In this document: positions 42,101 through 55,894 of the stretch, piece after piece
Position numbering within the stretch: the first letter of the stretch is position 1
Layout of the letters: every line of letters begins with the position of its first letter
Source of the DNA: Squalus acanthias
Lineage: Eukaryota
Reading direction: 5' to 3'
Length of the DNA: 61,570 nt
NCBI GenBank assembly: GCA_030390025.1
Contig: JASTWF010000354.1
Coordinates: forward strand, 434,001 to 495,570
The notes under the pieces: model-generated
Told to the model about the DNA's origin: nothing
Database searches by the model: none
What the model saw: the letters and a program-made list of their open reading frames with translations, nothing else
Translations under genes and position numbers: made by a program

Positions 42101-45100
42101 GGATTACTGACATTCTCTGGATTATTAGTCCAGGCCTGTGGATACTGACATTCTCTGGATTATAGTCAGGCCTGTGGATTACTGACATTCTCTGGATTAT
42201 TAGTCCAGGCCTGTGGATTACTGACATTCTCTGATTATTAGTCCGGCCTGTGGATTACTGACATTCTCTGGATTATTAGTCCCGGCCTGTGGATTACTGA
42301 CATTCTCTGGATTATTAGTCCAGGCCTGTGGATTACTGACATTCTCTGGATTATTAGTCCAGGCCTGTGGATTACTGACATTCACTGGATTATTAGTCCC
42401 GGCCTGTGGATTACTGACATTCACTGGATTATTAGTCAGGCCTGTGGATTACTGACATTCTCTGGATTATTAGTCCAGGCTGTGGATTACTGACATTCTC
42501 TGGATTATTAGTCCAGGCCTGTGGATTACTGACATTCTCTGGATTATTAGTCCAGGCCTGTGGATTACTGACATTCTCTGGATTATTAGTCCAGGCCTGT
42601 GGATTACTGACATTCTCTGGATTATTAGTCCCGGCCTGTGGATTACTGACATTCTCTGGATTATTAGTCCAGGCCTGTGGATTACTGACATTCTCTGGAT
42701 TATTAGTCCAGGCCTGTGGATTACTGACATTCTCTGGATTATTAGTCCAGGCCTGTGGATTACTGACATTCTCTGGATTATTAGTCCAGGCCTGTGGATT
42801 ACTGACATTCTCTGGATTATTAGTCCAGGCCTGTGGATTACTGACATTCTCTGGATTATTAGTCCAGGCCTGTGGATTACTGACATTCTCTGGATTATTA
42901 GTCCAGGCCTGTGGATTACTGACATTCTCTGGATTATTAGTCCCGGCCTGTGGATTACTGACATTCTCTGGATTATTAGTCCAGGCCTGTGGATTACTGA
43001 CATTCTCTGGATTATTAGTCCAGGCCTGTGGATTACTGACATTCTCTGGATTATTAGTCCAGGCCTGTGGATTACTGACATTCTCTGGATTATTAGTCCA
43101 GGCCTGTGGATTACTGACATTCTCTGGATTATTAGTCCAGGCCTGTGGATTACTGACATTCTCTGGATTATCAGTCCAGGCCTGTGGATTACTGACATTC
43201 TCTGGATTATTAGTCCCGGCCTGTGGATTACTGACATTCTCTGGATTATTAGTCCAGGCCTGTGGATTACTGACATTCTCTGGATTATTAGTCCAGGCCT
43301 GTGGATTACTGACATTCTCTGGATTATTAGTCCAGGCCTGTGGATTACTGACATTCTCTGGATTATTAGTCCAGGCCTGTGGATTACTGACATTCTCTGG
43401 ATTATTAGTCCAGGCCTGTGGATTACTGACATTCTCTGGATTATCAGTCCAGGCCTGTGGATTACTGACAGTCTCTGGATTATTAGTCCAGGCCTGTGGA
43501 TTACTGACATTCTCTGGATTATTAGTCCAGGCCTGTGGATTACTGACATTCTCTGGATTATTAGTCCAGGCCTGTGGATTACTGACATTCTCTGGATTAT
43601 TAGTCCAGGCCTGTGGATTACTGACATTCTCTGGATTATTAGTCCAGGCCTGTGGATTACTGACATTCTCTGGATTATTAGTCCAGGCCTGTGGATTACT
43701 GACATTCTCTGGATTATTAGTCCAGGCCTGTGGATTACTGACATTCTCTGGATTATTAGTCCAGGCCTGTGGATTACTGACATTCTCTGGATTATTAGTC
43801 CAGGCCTGTGGATTACTGACATTCTCTGGATTATCAGTCCAGGCCTGTGGATTACTGACATTCTCTGGATTATCAGTCCAGGCCTGTGGATTACTGACAT
43901 TCTCTGGATTATTAGTCCAGGCCTGTGGATTACTGACATTCTCTGGATTATTAGTCCAGGCCTGTGGATTACTGACATTCTCTGGATTATTAGTCCAGGC
44001 CTGTGGATTACTGACATTCTCTGGATTATTAGTCACGGCCTGTGGATTACTGACATTCTCTGGATTATTAGTCCAGGCCTGTGGATTACTGACATTCTCT
44101 GGATTATTAGTCCCGGCCTGTGGATTACTGACATTCTCTGGATTATTAGTCCAGGCCTGTGGATTACTGACATTCTCTGGATTATTAGTCCAGGCCTGTG
44201 GATTACTGACATTCTCTGGATTATTAGTCCAGGCCTGTGGATTACTGACATTCTCTGGATTATTAGTCCAGGCCTGTGGATTACTGACATTCTCTGGATT
44301 ATTAGTCCAGGCCTGTGGATTACTGACATTCTCTGGATTATTAGTCCAGGCCTGTGGATTACTGACATTCTCTGGATTATTAGTCCAGGCCTGTGGATTA
44401 CTGACATTCTCTGGATTATTAGTCCAGGCCTGTGGATTACTGACATTCTCTGGATTATTAGTCCAGGCCTGTGGATTACTGACATTCTCTGGATTATTAG
44501 TCCCGGCCTGTGGATTACTGACATTCTCTGGATTATTAGTCCAGGCCTGTGGATTACTGACATTCTCTGGATTATTAGTCCCGGCCTGTGGATTACTGAC
44601 ATTCTCTGGATTATCAGTCCAGGCCTGTGGATTACTGACATTCTCTGGATTATAGTCCAGGCCTGTGGATTACTGACATTCTCTGGATTATTAGTCCAGG
44701 CCTGTGGATTACTGACATTCTCTGGTTTATTAGTCCCAGGCCTGTGGATTACTGACATTCTCTGGATTATTAGTCCAGGCCTGTGGATTACTGACATTCT
44801 CTGGATTATTAGTCCGGTCTGTGGATTACTGAAATTCTCTGGTTATTTGTCAGGCCTGTGGATTACTGACATTCTCTGGATTATTAGTCCAGGCCTGTGG
44901 ATTACTGACATTCTCTGGATTATTAGTCCAGGCCTGTGGATTACTGACATTCTCTGGATTATAGTCCAGGCCTGTGGATTACTGACATTCTCTGGATTAT
45001 TAGTCCAGGCCTGTGGATTACTGACATTCTCTGGATTATTAGTCCAGGCCTGTGGATTACTGACATTCTCTGGATTATTAGTGCTGGCCTGTGGATTACT

Positions 45101-48100
45101 GACATTCTCTGGATTATTAGTCCAGGCCTGTGATTACTGACATTCTCTGGATTATTAGTCTCGGCCTGTGGATTACTGACATTCTCTGGATTATCAGTCC
45201 AGGCCTGTGGATTACTGACATTCTCTGGATTATTAGTCCCGGCCTGTGGATTACTGACATTCTCTGGATTATCAGTCCAGGCCTGTGGATTACTGACATT
45301 CTCTGGATTATTAGTCCAGGCCTGTGGATTACTGACATTCTCTGGATTATCAGTCCAGGCCTGTGGATTACTGACATTCTCTGGATTATTAGTCCAGGCC
45401 TGTGGATTACTGACATTCTCTGGATTATTAGTCCAGGCCTGTGGATTACTGACATTCTCTGGATTATTAGTCCCGGCCTGTGGTTTACTGACATTTTCTG
45501 GACTATTAGTCCCGGCCTGTGGATTACTGACATTCTCTGGGTTATCAGTCCAGGCCTGTGGATTACTGACATTCTCTGGATTATTAGTCCAGGCCTGTAG
45601 ATTACTGACATTCTCTGGATTATTAGTCCAGGCCTGTGGATTACTGACATTCTCTGGATTATTAGTCCAGGCCTGTGGATTACTGACATTCTCTGGATTA
45701 TTAGTCCCGGCCTGTAGATTACTGACATTCTCTTGTTTATTAGTCCAGGCCTGTGGATTACTTACATTCTCTGAATTATTTGTCCAGGCCTGTGGATTAC
45801 TGACATTCTCTTGATTATTAGTCCCGGCCTGTGGATTACTGGCGTTCACTGTATTATTAGTCCCGGCCTGTGGATTACTGACATTCTCTTGTTTATTAGT
45901 CCCGGCCTGTGGATTACTGACATTCACTGGAATATTAGTCCAGGCCTTTGGATTACTGAAATTCACTGGATTATTGTACAACTCCTGTTGATTACTGACA
46001 TTCTCTGGATTATTAGTCCAGGCCTGTGGATTACTGACATTCTCTGGATTATTAGTCCCGGCCTGTGGATTACTGACATTCTCTGGATTATCAGTCCAGG
46101 CCAGTGGATTACTGACATTATCTGGATTATTAGTCCAGGCCTGTGGATTACTGACATTCTCTGGATTATCAGACCAGGCCTGAGGATTACTGACATTCTC
46201 TGGATTAACAGTCCCAGCCTGTGGATGACGCACATTCTCTTGTTTATTCGTCCAGGCCTGTGGATTACTGACATTCTCTGAATTATTAGTCCAGGCCTGT
46301 GGATTACTGACATTCTCTGGATTATTAGTCCCAGCCAGTGGATTACTGATATTCTCTTGTTTATTTGTCCAGGCCTGTGGATTACTGACATTCTCTGGAT
46401 TATTAGTCTCGGCCTGTGGATTACTGACATTCTCTGGATTATTAGTCCAGGCCTGTGGATTACTGACATTCTCTGCATTAACAGTCCAGGCCTGTGGATT
46501 ACTGACATTCTCTGGATTATTAGTGCAGGCCTGTGGATTACTGACATTCTCTGGATTATTAGTCTCGGCCTGTGGATTACTAACATTCTCTGGATTATCA
46601 ATCCAGGCCTGTGGATTACTGACATTACTGTATTATTAATCCCGCCCTGTGGATTTTTGACATTCTGTGGATTATTAGTCCAGGCCTGTGGATTACTGAC
46701 ATTCTCTGTATTATTAGTCTAGGCCTGTAGATTACGGACATTCTCTGGATTATTAGTCCAGGCCTGTGGATTACTGACATTCTCTGGAGTATTAGTCCAG
46801 GCCTGTGGATTACTGACATTCTCTGGATTATTAGTCCCGGCCTGCGGATTACTGACATTCTCTGGATTATTAGTCCCGGCCTGTGGATTACTGACATTCT
46901 CTGGATTATTAGTCCAGACCTGTGGATTACTGACATTCTCTGGATTATCAATCCAGGCCTGTGGATTACTGACATTCTCTGGAGTATCAGTCCAGGCCTG
47001 TGGATTACTGACATTCTCTGGATTATCAGTCCAGGCCTGTGGATTACTGACATTCTCTGGATTTTCAGTCCAGGCCTGTGGATTACTGACATTCTCTGGA
47101 TTATTAGTCCCGGCCTGTGGATTACTGACAGTCTCTGGATTATTAGACAAGGCCTGTGGATTACTGACATTCTCTGGATTATTAGTGCTGGCCTGTGGAT
47201 TACTGACATTCTCTGGATTATCAGTCCAGGCCTGTGGATTACTGACAGTCTCTGGATTATTAGTCCCGGCCTGTGGATTACTGACATTCTCTGGATTATC
47301 AGTCCAGGCCTGTGGATTACTGACATTCTCTGGATTATTAGTCCCGGCCTGTGGATTACTGACATTCACTGGATTATTAGTCCAGGCCTTTGGATTACTG
47401 ACATTCACTGGATTATTGGACAACTCCTGTGGATTATTGACATTCTCTGGATTATTAGTCCCGGCCTGTGGATTACTGACATTCTCTGGATTATCAGTCC
47501 AGGCCTGTGGATTACTGACATTACTGGATTATTAGTCCAGGCCTGTGGATTACTGACATTCTCTGGATTATTAGTCCAGGCCTGCTGATTACTGACATTC
47601 TCTGGATTATTAGTCCAGGCCTGTGGATTACTGACATTCTCTGGATTATCAGTCCAGGCCTGTGGATTACTGACAGTCTCTGGATTATTAGTCCAGGCCT
47701 GTGGATTACTGACAGTCTCTGGATTATCAGTCCAGGCCTGTGGATTACTGACAGTCTCTGGATTATTTGTCCAGGCCTGTGGATTACTGACATTTCTGGA
47801 TTATTAGTCCAGGCCTGTGGATTACTGACATTCTCTGGATTATTAGTCCAGGCCTGTGGATTACTGACATTCTCTGGATTATTAGTCCAGGCCTGTGGAT
47901 TACTGACATTCTCTGGATTATTAGTCCAGGCCTGTGGATTACTGACATTCACTGGATTATTAGTACAGGCCTGTGGATTACTGACATTCTCTGGATTATT
48001 AGTCCAGGCCTGTAGATTACTGACATTCTCTGGATTATTAGTCCAGGCCTGTGGATTACTGACATTCTCTGGATTATTAGTCCAGGCCTGTGGATTACTG

Positions 48101-51100
48101 ACATTCTCTGGATTATTAGTCCAGGCCTGTGGATTACTGACATTCTCTGGATTATTAGTCCAGGCCTGTGGATTACTGACATTCTCTGGATTATTAGTCC
48201 AGGCCTGTGGATTACTGACATTCTCTGGATTATTAGTCCAGGCCTGTGGATTACTGACATTCTCTGGATTATAGTCCAGGCCTGTGGATTACTGACATTC
48301 TCTGGATTATTAGTCCCGGCCTGTGGATTACTGACATTCTCTGGATTATCAGTCCAGGCCTGTGGATTACTGACAGTCTCTGGATTATTAGTCCCGGCCT
48401 GTGGATTACTGACATTCTCTGGATTATTAGTCCCGGCCTGTGGATTACTGACATTCTCTGGATTATTAGTCCAGGCCTGTGGATTACTGACATTCTCTGG
48501 ATTAATAGTCCAGGCCTGTGGATTACTGACATTCTCTGGATTATCAGTCCAGGCCTGTGGATTACTGACATTCTCTGGATTATTAGTCCCGGCCTGTGGA
48601 TTACTGACATTCTCTGGATTATTAGTCCAGCCTGTGGATTACTGACATTCTCTGGATTATTAGTCCCGGCCTGTGGATTACTGACATTCTCTGGATTATC
48701 AGTCCAGGCCTGTGGATTACTGACATTCTCTGGATTATTAGTCCAGGCCTGTGGATTACTGACATTCTCTGGATTATTAGACCAGGCCTGCTGGATTACT
48801 GACATTCTCTGGATTATTAGTCCAGGCCTGTGGATTACTGACATTCTCTGGATTAACAGTCCAGGCCTGTGGATTACTGACAGTCTCTGGATTATTTGTC
48901 CAGGCCTGTGGATTACTGACAGTCTCTCGAATATCAGTCCAGGCCTGTGGTTTACTGACAGTCTCTTGTGTATTTGTCCAGGCCTGTGGATTACTGACAT
49001 TCTCTGGATTATTAGTCCCGGCCTGTGGATTACTGACATTCTCTGGATTATTAGTCCAGGCCTGTGGATTACTGACATTCTCTGGATTATTAGTCCAGGC
49101 CTGTGGATTACTGACATTCTCTGGATTATTAGTCCAGGCCTGTGGATTACTGACATTCTCTGGATTATTAGTCCAGGCCTGTGGATTACTGACATTCTCT
49201 GGATTATTAGTCCAGGCCTGTGGATTACTGACATTCTCTGGATTATTAGTCCAGGCCTGTGGATTACTGACATTCTCTGGATTATTAGTGCTGGCCTGTG
49301 GATTACTGACATTCTCTGGATTATCAGTCCAGCCCTGTGGATTACTGACATTCTCTGGATTATTAGTCCAGGCCTGTAGATTACTGACATTCTCTGGATT
49401 ATTAGTCCAGGCCTGTAGATTACTGACATTCTCTGGATTATTAGTTCAGGCCTGTGGATTACTGACATTCTCTGGATTATTAGTCCAGGCCTGTGGATTA
49501 CTGACATTCTCTGGATTATTAGTCCCGGCCTGTGGATTACTGACATTCTCTGGATTATTAGTCCAGGCCTGTGGATTACTGACATTCTCTGGATTATTAG
49601 TCCAGGCCTGTGGATTACTGACATTCTCTGGATTATTAGTCCCGGCCTGTGGTTTACTGACATTCTCTGGATTATCAGTCCAGGCCTGTGGATTACTGAC
49701 ATTCTCTGGATTAATAGTCCTGGCCTGTGGATTACTGACATTCTCTGGATTATCAGTCCAGGCCTGTGGATTACTGACATTCTCTGGATTATTAGTCCCG
49801 GCCTGTGGATTACTGACATTCACTGGATTATTTGTCCAGGCCTTTGGATTACAGACATTCACTGGATTATTGGACAACTCCTGGGGATTATTGTCATTCT
49901 CTGGATTATCAGTCCAGGCCTGTGGATTACTGACATTCTCTGGATTATTAGTCCCGGCCTGTGGATTACTGACATTCTCTGGATTATCAGTCCAGGCCTG
50001 TGGATTACTGACATTACTGGATTAATAGTCCAGGCCTGTGGATTACTGACATTCTCTGGATTATTAGACCAGGCCTGCAGATTACTGACATTCCCTGGAT
50101 TATTAGTCCAGGCCTGTGGTTTACTGACATTCTCTGGATTAACAGTCCAGGCCTGTGGATTACTGACAGTCTCTGGATTATTTCGCCAAACCTGTGGATT
50201 ACTGACAGTCTCTGGATTATTAGTCCAGGCCTGTGGATTACTGTCATTCTCTGGATTATCAGTCCAGGCCTGTGGATTACTGACAGTCACTGGATTATTA
50301 GTCCAGGCCTGTGGATTACTGACATTCTCTGGATTATCAGTCCAGGCCTGTGGATTACTGACAGTCTCTGGATTATCAGTCCAGGCCTGTGGATTACTGA
50401 CACTCTCTGGATTATTAGTCCCGGTCTGAGGATTACTGACATTCTCTGGATTATCAGTCCAGGCCTGTGGATTACTGACAGTCTCTGGATTATTAGTCCC
50501 GGCCTGTGGATTACTGACATTCTCTGGATTATCAGTCCAGGCCTGTGGATTACTGACATTCTCTGGATTATTAGTCCCGGCCTGTGGATTACTGACATTC
50601 ACTGGATTCTTAGTCCAGGCCTTTGAATTACTGACATTCACTGGATTATTGGACAACTCCTGTGGATTATTGACATTCTCTGGATTATTAGTCCAGGCCT
50701 GTGGATTACTGACATTCTCTGGATTATTAGTCCCGGCCTGTGGATTACTGACATTCTCTGGATTATCAGTCCAGGCCTGTGGATTACTGACATTACTGGA
50801 TTATTAGTCCAGGCCTGTGGATTACTGACATTCTCTGGATTATTAGACCAGGCCTGCAGATTACTGACATTCTCTGGATTATTAGTCCAGGCCTGTGGAT
50901 TACTGACATTCTCTGGATTAACAGTCCAGGTTGTGGATTACTGACAGTCTCTGGATTATTTGTCCAGGCCTGTGGATTACTGACAGTCTCTCGAATATCA
51001 GTCCAGGCCTGTGGTTTACTGACAGTCTCTTGTGTATTTGTCCAGGCCTGTGGATTACTGACATTTTCTGGATTATTAGTCCCGGCCTGTGGATTACTGA

Positions 51101-54100
51101 CATTCTCTGGATTATTAGTCCAGGCCTGTGGATTACTGACATTCTCTGGATTATTAGTCCAGGCCTGTGGATTACTGACATTCACTGGATTATTAGTCCA
51201 GGCCTTTGGATTACTGACATTCACTGGATTATTAGAAAACTCCTGTGGATTACTGACATTCTCTGGATTATTAGTCCTGGCCTGTAGATTACTGACAATC
51301 TCTGGATTATTAGTCCAGGCCTGTGGATTACTGACATTCTCTGGATTATTAGTGCTGGCCTGTGGATTACTGACATTCTCTGGATTATTAGTCCCGGCCT
51401 GTGGATTACTGACATTCTCTGGATTATTAGTCCCGGCCTGTGGATTACTGACATTCTCTGGATTATCAGTCCAGGCCTGTGGATTACTGACATTCTCTGG
51501 ATTATTAGTCCAGGCCTGTAGATTACTGACATTGTCTGGATTATTAATCCTGGCCTGTAGATTACTGACATTCTCTGGATTATTAGTCCAGGCCTGTGGA
51601 TTACTGACATTCTCTGGATTATCAGTCCAGGCCTGTGGATTACTGACATTCTCTGGATTATTAGTCCCGGCCTGTGGCTTACTGACATTCTCTGGATTAT
51701 CAGTCCAGGCCTGTGGATTACTGACATTCTCTGGATTATTAGTCCCGGCCTGTGGATTACTGACATTCTCTGGATTATCAGTCCAGGCCTGTGGATTACT
51801 GACATTCTCTGGATTATTAGTCCTGGCCTGTGGATTACTGACATTCACTGGATTATTGGACAACTCCTGTGGATTACTGACATTCTCTGGATTATTAGTC
51901 CAGGCCTGTGGATTACTGACATTCTCTGTATTATTAGTCCCGGCCTGTGGATTACTGACATTCTCTGGATTATCAGTCCAGGCCTGTGGATTACTGACAT
52001 TACTGGATTATTAGTCCAGGCCTGTGGATTACTGACATTCTCTGGATTATTAGTCCAGGCCTGCAGATTACTGACATTCTCTGGGTTATTAGTCCAGGCC
52101 TGTGGATTACTGACATTCTCTGGATTAACAGTCCAGGCCTGTGGATTACTGACAGTCTCTGGATTATTAGTCCAGGCCTGTGGATTACTGACAGTCTCTG
52201 GATTATTAGTCCAGGCCTGTGGATTGCTGACAGTCTCTGGATTATCAGTCCAGGCCTGTGGATTACTGACAGTCTCTGGATTATTAGTCCAGGCCTGTGG
52301 ATTACTGACATTCTCTGGATTATTAGTCCAGGCCTGTGGATTACTGACATTATCTGGATTATTAGTTCAGGCCTGTGGATTACTGACATTCTCTGGATTA
52401 TCAGTCCAGGCCTGAGGATTACTGACATTCTCTGGATTAACAGTCCCGGCCTGTGGATGACTGACATTCTCTTGTTTATTAGTCCAGGCCTGTGGATTAC
52501 TGACATTCTCTGAATTATTAGTCCATGCTTGTGGATTACTGACATTCTCTGGATTATTAGTGCTGGCCTGAGGATTACTGGCAATCTCTGGATTATTAAT
52601 CCCAGCCTGTGGATTACTGATATTCTCTTGTTTATTTGTCCAGGCCTGTGGATTACTGACATTCTCTGGATTATTAGTCCCGGCCTGTGGATTACTGACA
52701 TTCTCTGGATTATTAGTCCAGGCCTGTGGATTACTGACATTCTCTGCATTAACAGTCCAGGCCTGTGGATTACTGACATTCTGTGGATTATTTGTCCAGG
52801 CCTGTGGATTACTGACATTCACTGGATTATTAGTCCAGGCCTTTGGATTACAGACATTCACTGGATTATTGGACAACTCCAGGGGATTATTGTCATTCTC
52901 TGGATTATTAGTCCAGGCCTGTGGATTACTGACATTCTCTGGATTATCAGTCCAGGCCTGTGGATTACTGACATTACTGGATTAATAGTCCAGCCTGTGG
53001 ATTACTGACATTCTCTGGATTATTAGACCAGTCCTGCAGATTACTGACATTCCCTGGATTATTAGTCCAGGCCTGTGGATTACTGTCATTCTCTGGATTA
53101 TCAGTCCAGGCCTGTGGATTACTGACATTCTCTGGATTATTAGTCCAGGCCTGTAGATTACTGACATTCTCTGGATTATTAGTCCAGGCCTGTAGATTAC
53201 TGACATTCTCTGGATTATTAGTCCAGTCCTGTGGATTACTGGCATTCTCTGGATTATCAGTCCAGGCCTGTGGATTACTGACATTCTCTGGATTATCAGT
53301 CCCGGCCTGTGGCTTACTGACATTCTCTGGATTATCAGTCCAGGCCTGTGGATTACTGACAGTCTCTGGATTATTAGTCCCGGTCTGTGGATTACTGACA
53401 TTCTCTGGATTATCAGTCCAGGCCTGTGGATTACTGACAGTCTCTGGATTATTAGTCCCGGCCTGTGGATTACTGACATTCACTGGATTATTTGTCCAGG
53501 CCTTTGGATTACAGACATTCACTGGATTATTGGACAACTCCTGGGGATTATTGTCATTCTCTGGATTATTAGTCCAGGCCTGTGGATTACTGACATTCTC
53601 TGGATTATTAGTCCCGGCCTGTGGATTACTGACATTCTCTGGATTATCAGTCCAGGCCTGTGGATTACTGACATTACTGGATTAATAGTCCAGCCTGTGG
53701 ATTACTGACATTCTCTGGATTAATAGTCCCAGCCTGTGGATTACTGACATTCTCTGGATTATTAGTCCAGGCCTGTGGACTACTGACACTCTCGGGGTTA
53801 TTAGTCCAGGCCTGTGGATTACTGACATTCACTGGATTATTAGTCCAGGCATTTGGATTACTGACATTCACTGGATTATTAGACAACTCCTGTGGATTAC
53901 TGACATTCTCTGGATTATTAGTCCTGGAGTGTAGATTACTGACAATCTCTGGATTATTAGTCCAGGCCTGTGGATTACTGACATTCTCTGGATTATTAGT
54001 GCTGGCCTGTGGATTACTGACATTTTCTGTATTATTAGTCCCGGCCTGTGGATTACTGACATTTTCTGGATTATCAGTCCAGGCCTGTGGATTACTGACA

Positions 54101-55633
54101 TTCTCTGGATTATTAGTCCAGGCCTGTAGATTACTGACATTCTCTGGATTATTAGTCCAGGCCTGTATATTACTGACATTCTCTGGATTATCAGTCCAGG
54201 CCTGTGGATTACTGACATTCTCTGGATTATTAGTCCAGGCCTGTGGATTACTGACATTCTCTGGATTATCTGTCTAGGCCTGTGGATTACTGACATTCTC
54301 TGGATTATTAGTCCAGGCCTGTGGATTACTGACATTCTCTGAATTTTTAGTCCAGGCCTGTGGATTACTGACATTCTCTGGATTATTAGTCCCGGGCTGT
54401 GGATTACTGGCATTCACTGGATTATTAGTCCTGGCCTGTGGATTACTGACATTCTCTTGTTTATTAGTCCCGGCCTGTGGATTACTGACATTCACTGGAT
54501 TATTAGTCCAGGCCTTTGGATTACTGACATTCACTGGATTATTGGACAACTCCTGTGGATTACTGACATTCTCTGGATTATTAGTCCAGGCCTGTGGATT
54601 ACTGACATTCTCTGGATTATCAGTCCAGGCCTGTGGATTACTGACAGTCTCTGGATTATTAGTCCAGGCCTGTGGATTACTGACAGTCTCTGGTATATCA
54701 GTCCAGGCCTGTGGATTACTGACAGTCCCTGGATTATCAGTCCAGGCCTGTGGATTACTGACATTCTCTGGATTATTAGTCCAGGCCTGTGGATTACTGA
54801 CATTCTCTGGATTATTAGTCCAGGCCTGTGGATTACTGACATTCTCTGGATTATTAGTCCAGGCCTGTGGATTACTGACATTCTCTGATTATTAGTCCAG
54901 GCCTGTGGATTACTGACATTCTCTGGATTATTAGTCCCGGCCTGTGGATTACTGACATTCTCTGGATTATTAGGCCCGGCCTGTGGATTACTGACATTCT
55001 CTTGTTTATTAGGCCAGGCCTGTGGATTACTGACATTCTCTGGATTATTAGTCCAGGCCTGTGGATTACTGACATTCTCTGGATTATTAGTCCAGGCCTG
55101 TGGATTACTGACATTCTCTGGATTATTAGTCCAGGCCTGTGGATTACTGACATTCTCTGGATTATTAGTCCAGGCCTGTGGATTACTGACATTCTCTGGA
55201 TTATTAGTCCAGGCCTGTGGATTACTGACATTCTCTGGATTATTAGTGCAGGCCTGTGGATTACTGACATTCTCTGGATTATTAGTCCAGGCCTGTGGAT
55301 TACTGACATTCTCTGGATTATAGTCCAGGCCTGTGGATTACTGACATTCTCTGGATTATTAGTCCAGGCCTGTGGATTACTGACATTCTCTGGATTATTA
55401 GTCAGGCCTGTGGATTACTGACATTCTCTGGATTATTAGTCAGGCCTGTGGATTACTGACATTCTCTGGATTATTAGTCCAGGCCTGTGGATTACTGACA
55501 TTCTCTGGATTATTAGTCCAGGCCTGTGGATTACTGACATTCACTGGATTATTTGTCCAGGCCTGTGGATTACTGACAATCTCTGGATTATTAGTCCCGG
55601 CCTGTGGATTACTGACATTCTCTGGATTATTAG
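3117..55633. repeat. Giant 39-bp tandem satellite array, ~52.5 kb, ~1,350 units, single orientation
   Basis: The unit GGATTATTAGTCCAGGCCTGTGGATTACTGACATTCTCT repeats throughout, with 13-aa periodicity in all ORFs. I saw no inversion or foreign insertion inside it. Confidence 0.99.
19440..40165. repeat. Homogeneous core of the 39-bp array (~530 near-identical units)
   Basis: Exact consensus units. The only variant I noticed is A>C at 38821. Confidence 0.9.
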
Positions 55634-55656
55634 AAGAAGGATGCCACCTACTGCTT

Positions 55657-55894
55657 GGAGGGGCAGTACTGAGAGAGTGCTGCACTGTCGGAGGAGCAGT
55701 ACTGAGGGAACGCTGCACTGTCGGAGGGGCAGTACTGAGGGAGCGCTGCACTGTCGGAGGGGCAGTACTGAGGGTGCACTGCACTGTCCAGGGGGGCAGT
55801 GCTGAGGAAGTGCTGCACTGTCAGAGGGGCAGCACTGAGGGAGTGCTGCACTGTCAGAGGGGCAGTGCTGAGGGGGCGTTGCACTGTCGGAGGG
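55657..55894 (+). repeat. 33-bp DeuSINE-derived minisatellite, ~7 diverged copies, no SINE head
   Basis: GGGGCAGTACTGAGGGAGCGCTGCACTGTCGGA variants in tandem, same unit and same strand as 2115-2337. Confidence 0.93.

Noticed and set aside
3117..55633. CRISPR array
   Set aside because: There are no unique spacers, the units are contiguous, no cas genes are present, and the context is vertebrate retroposons.
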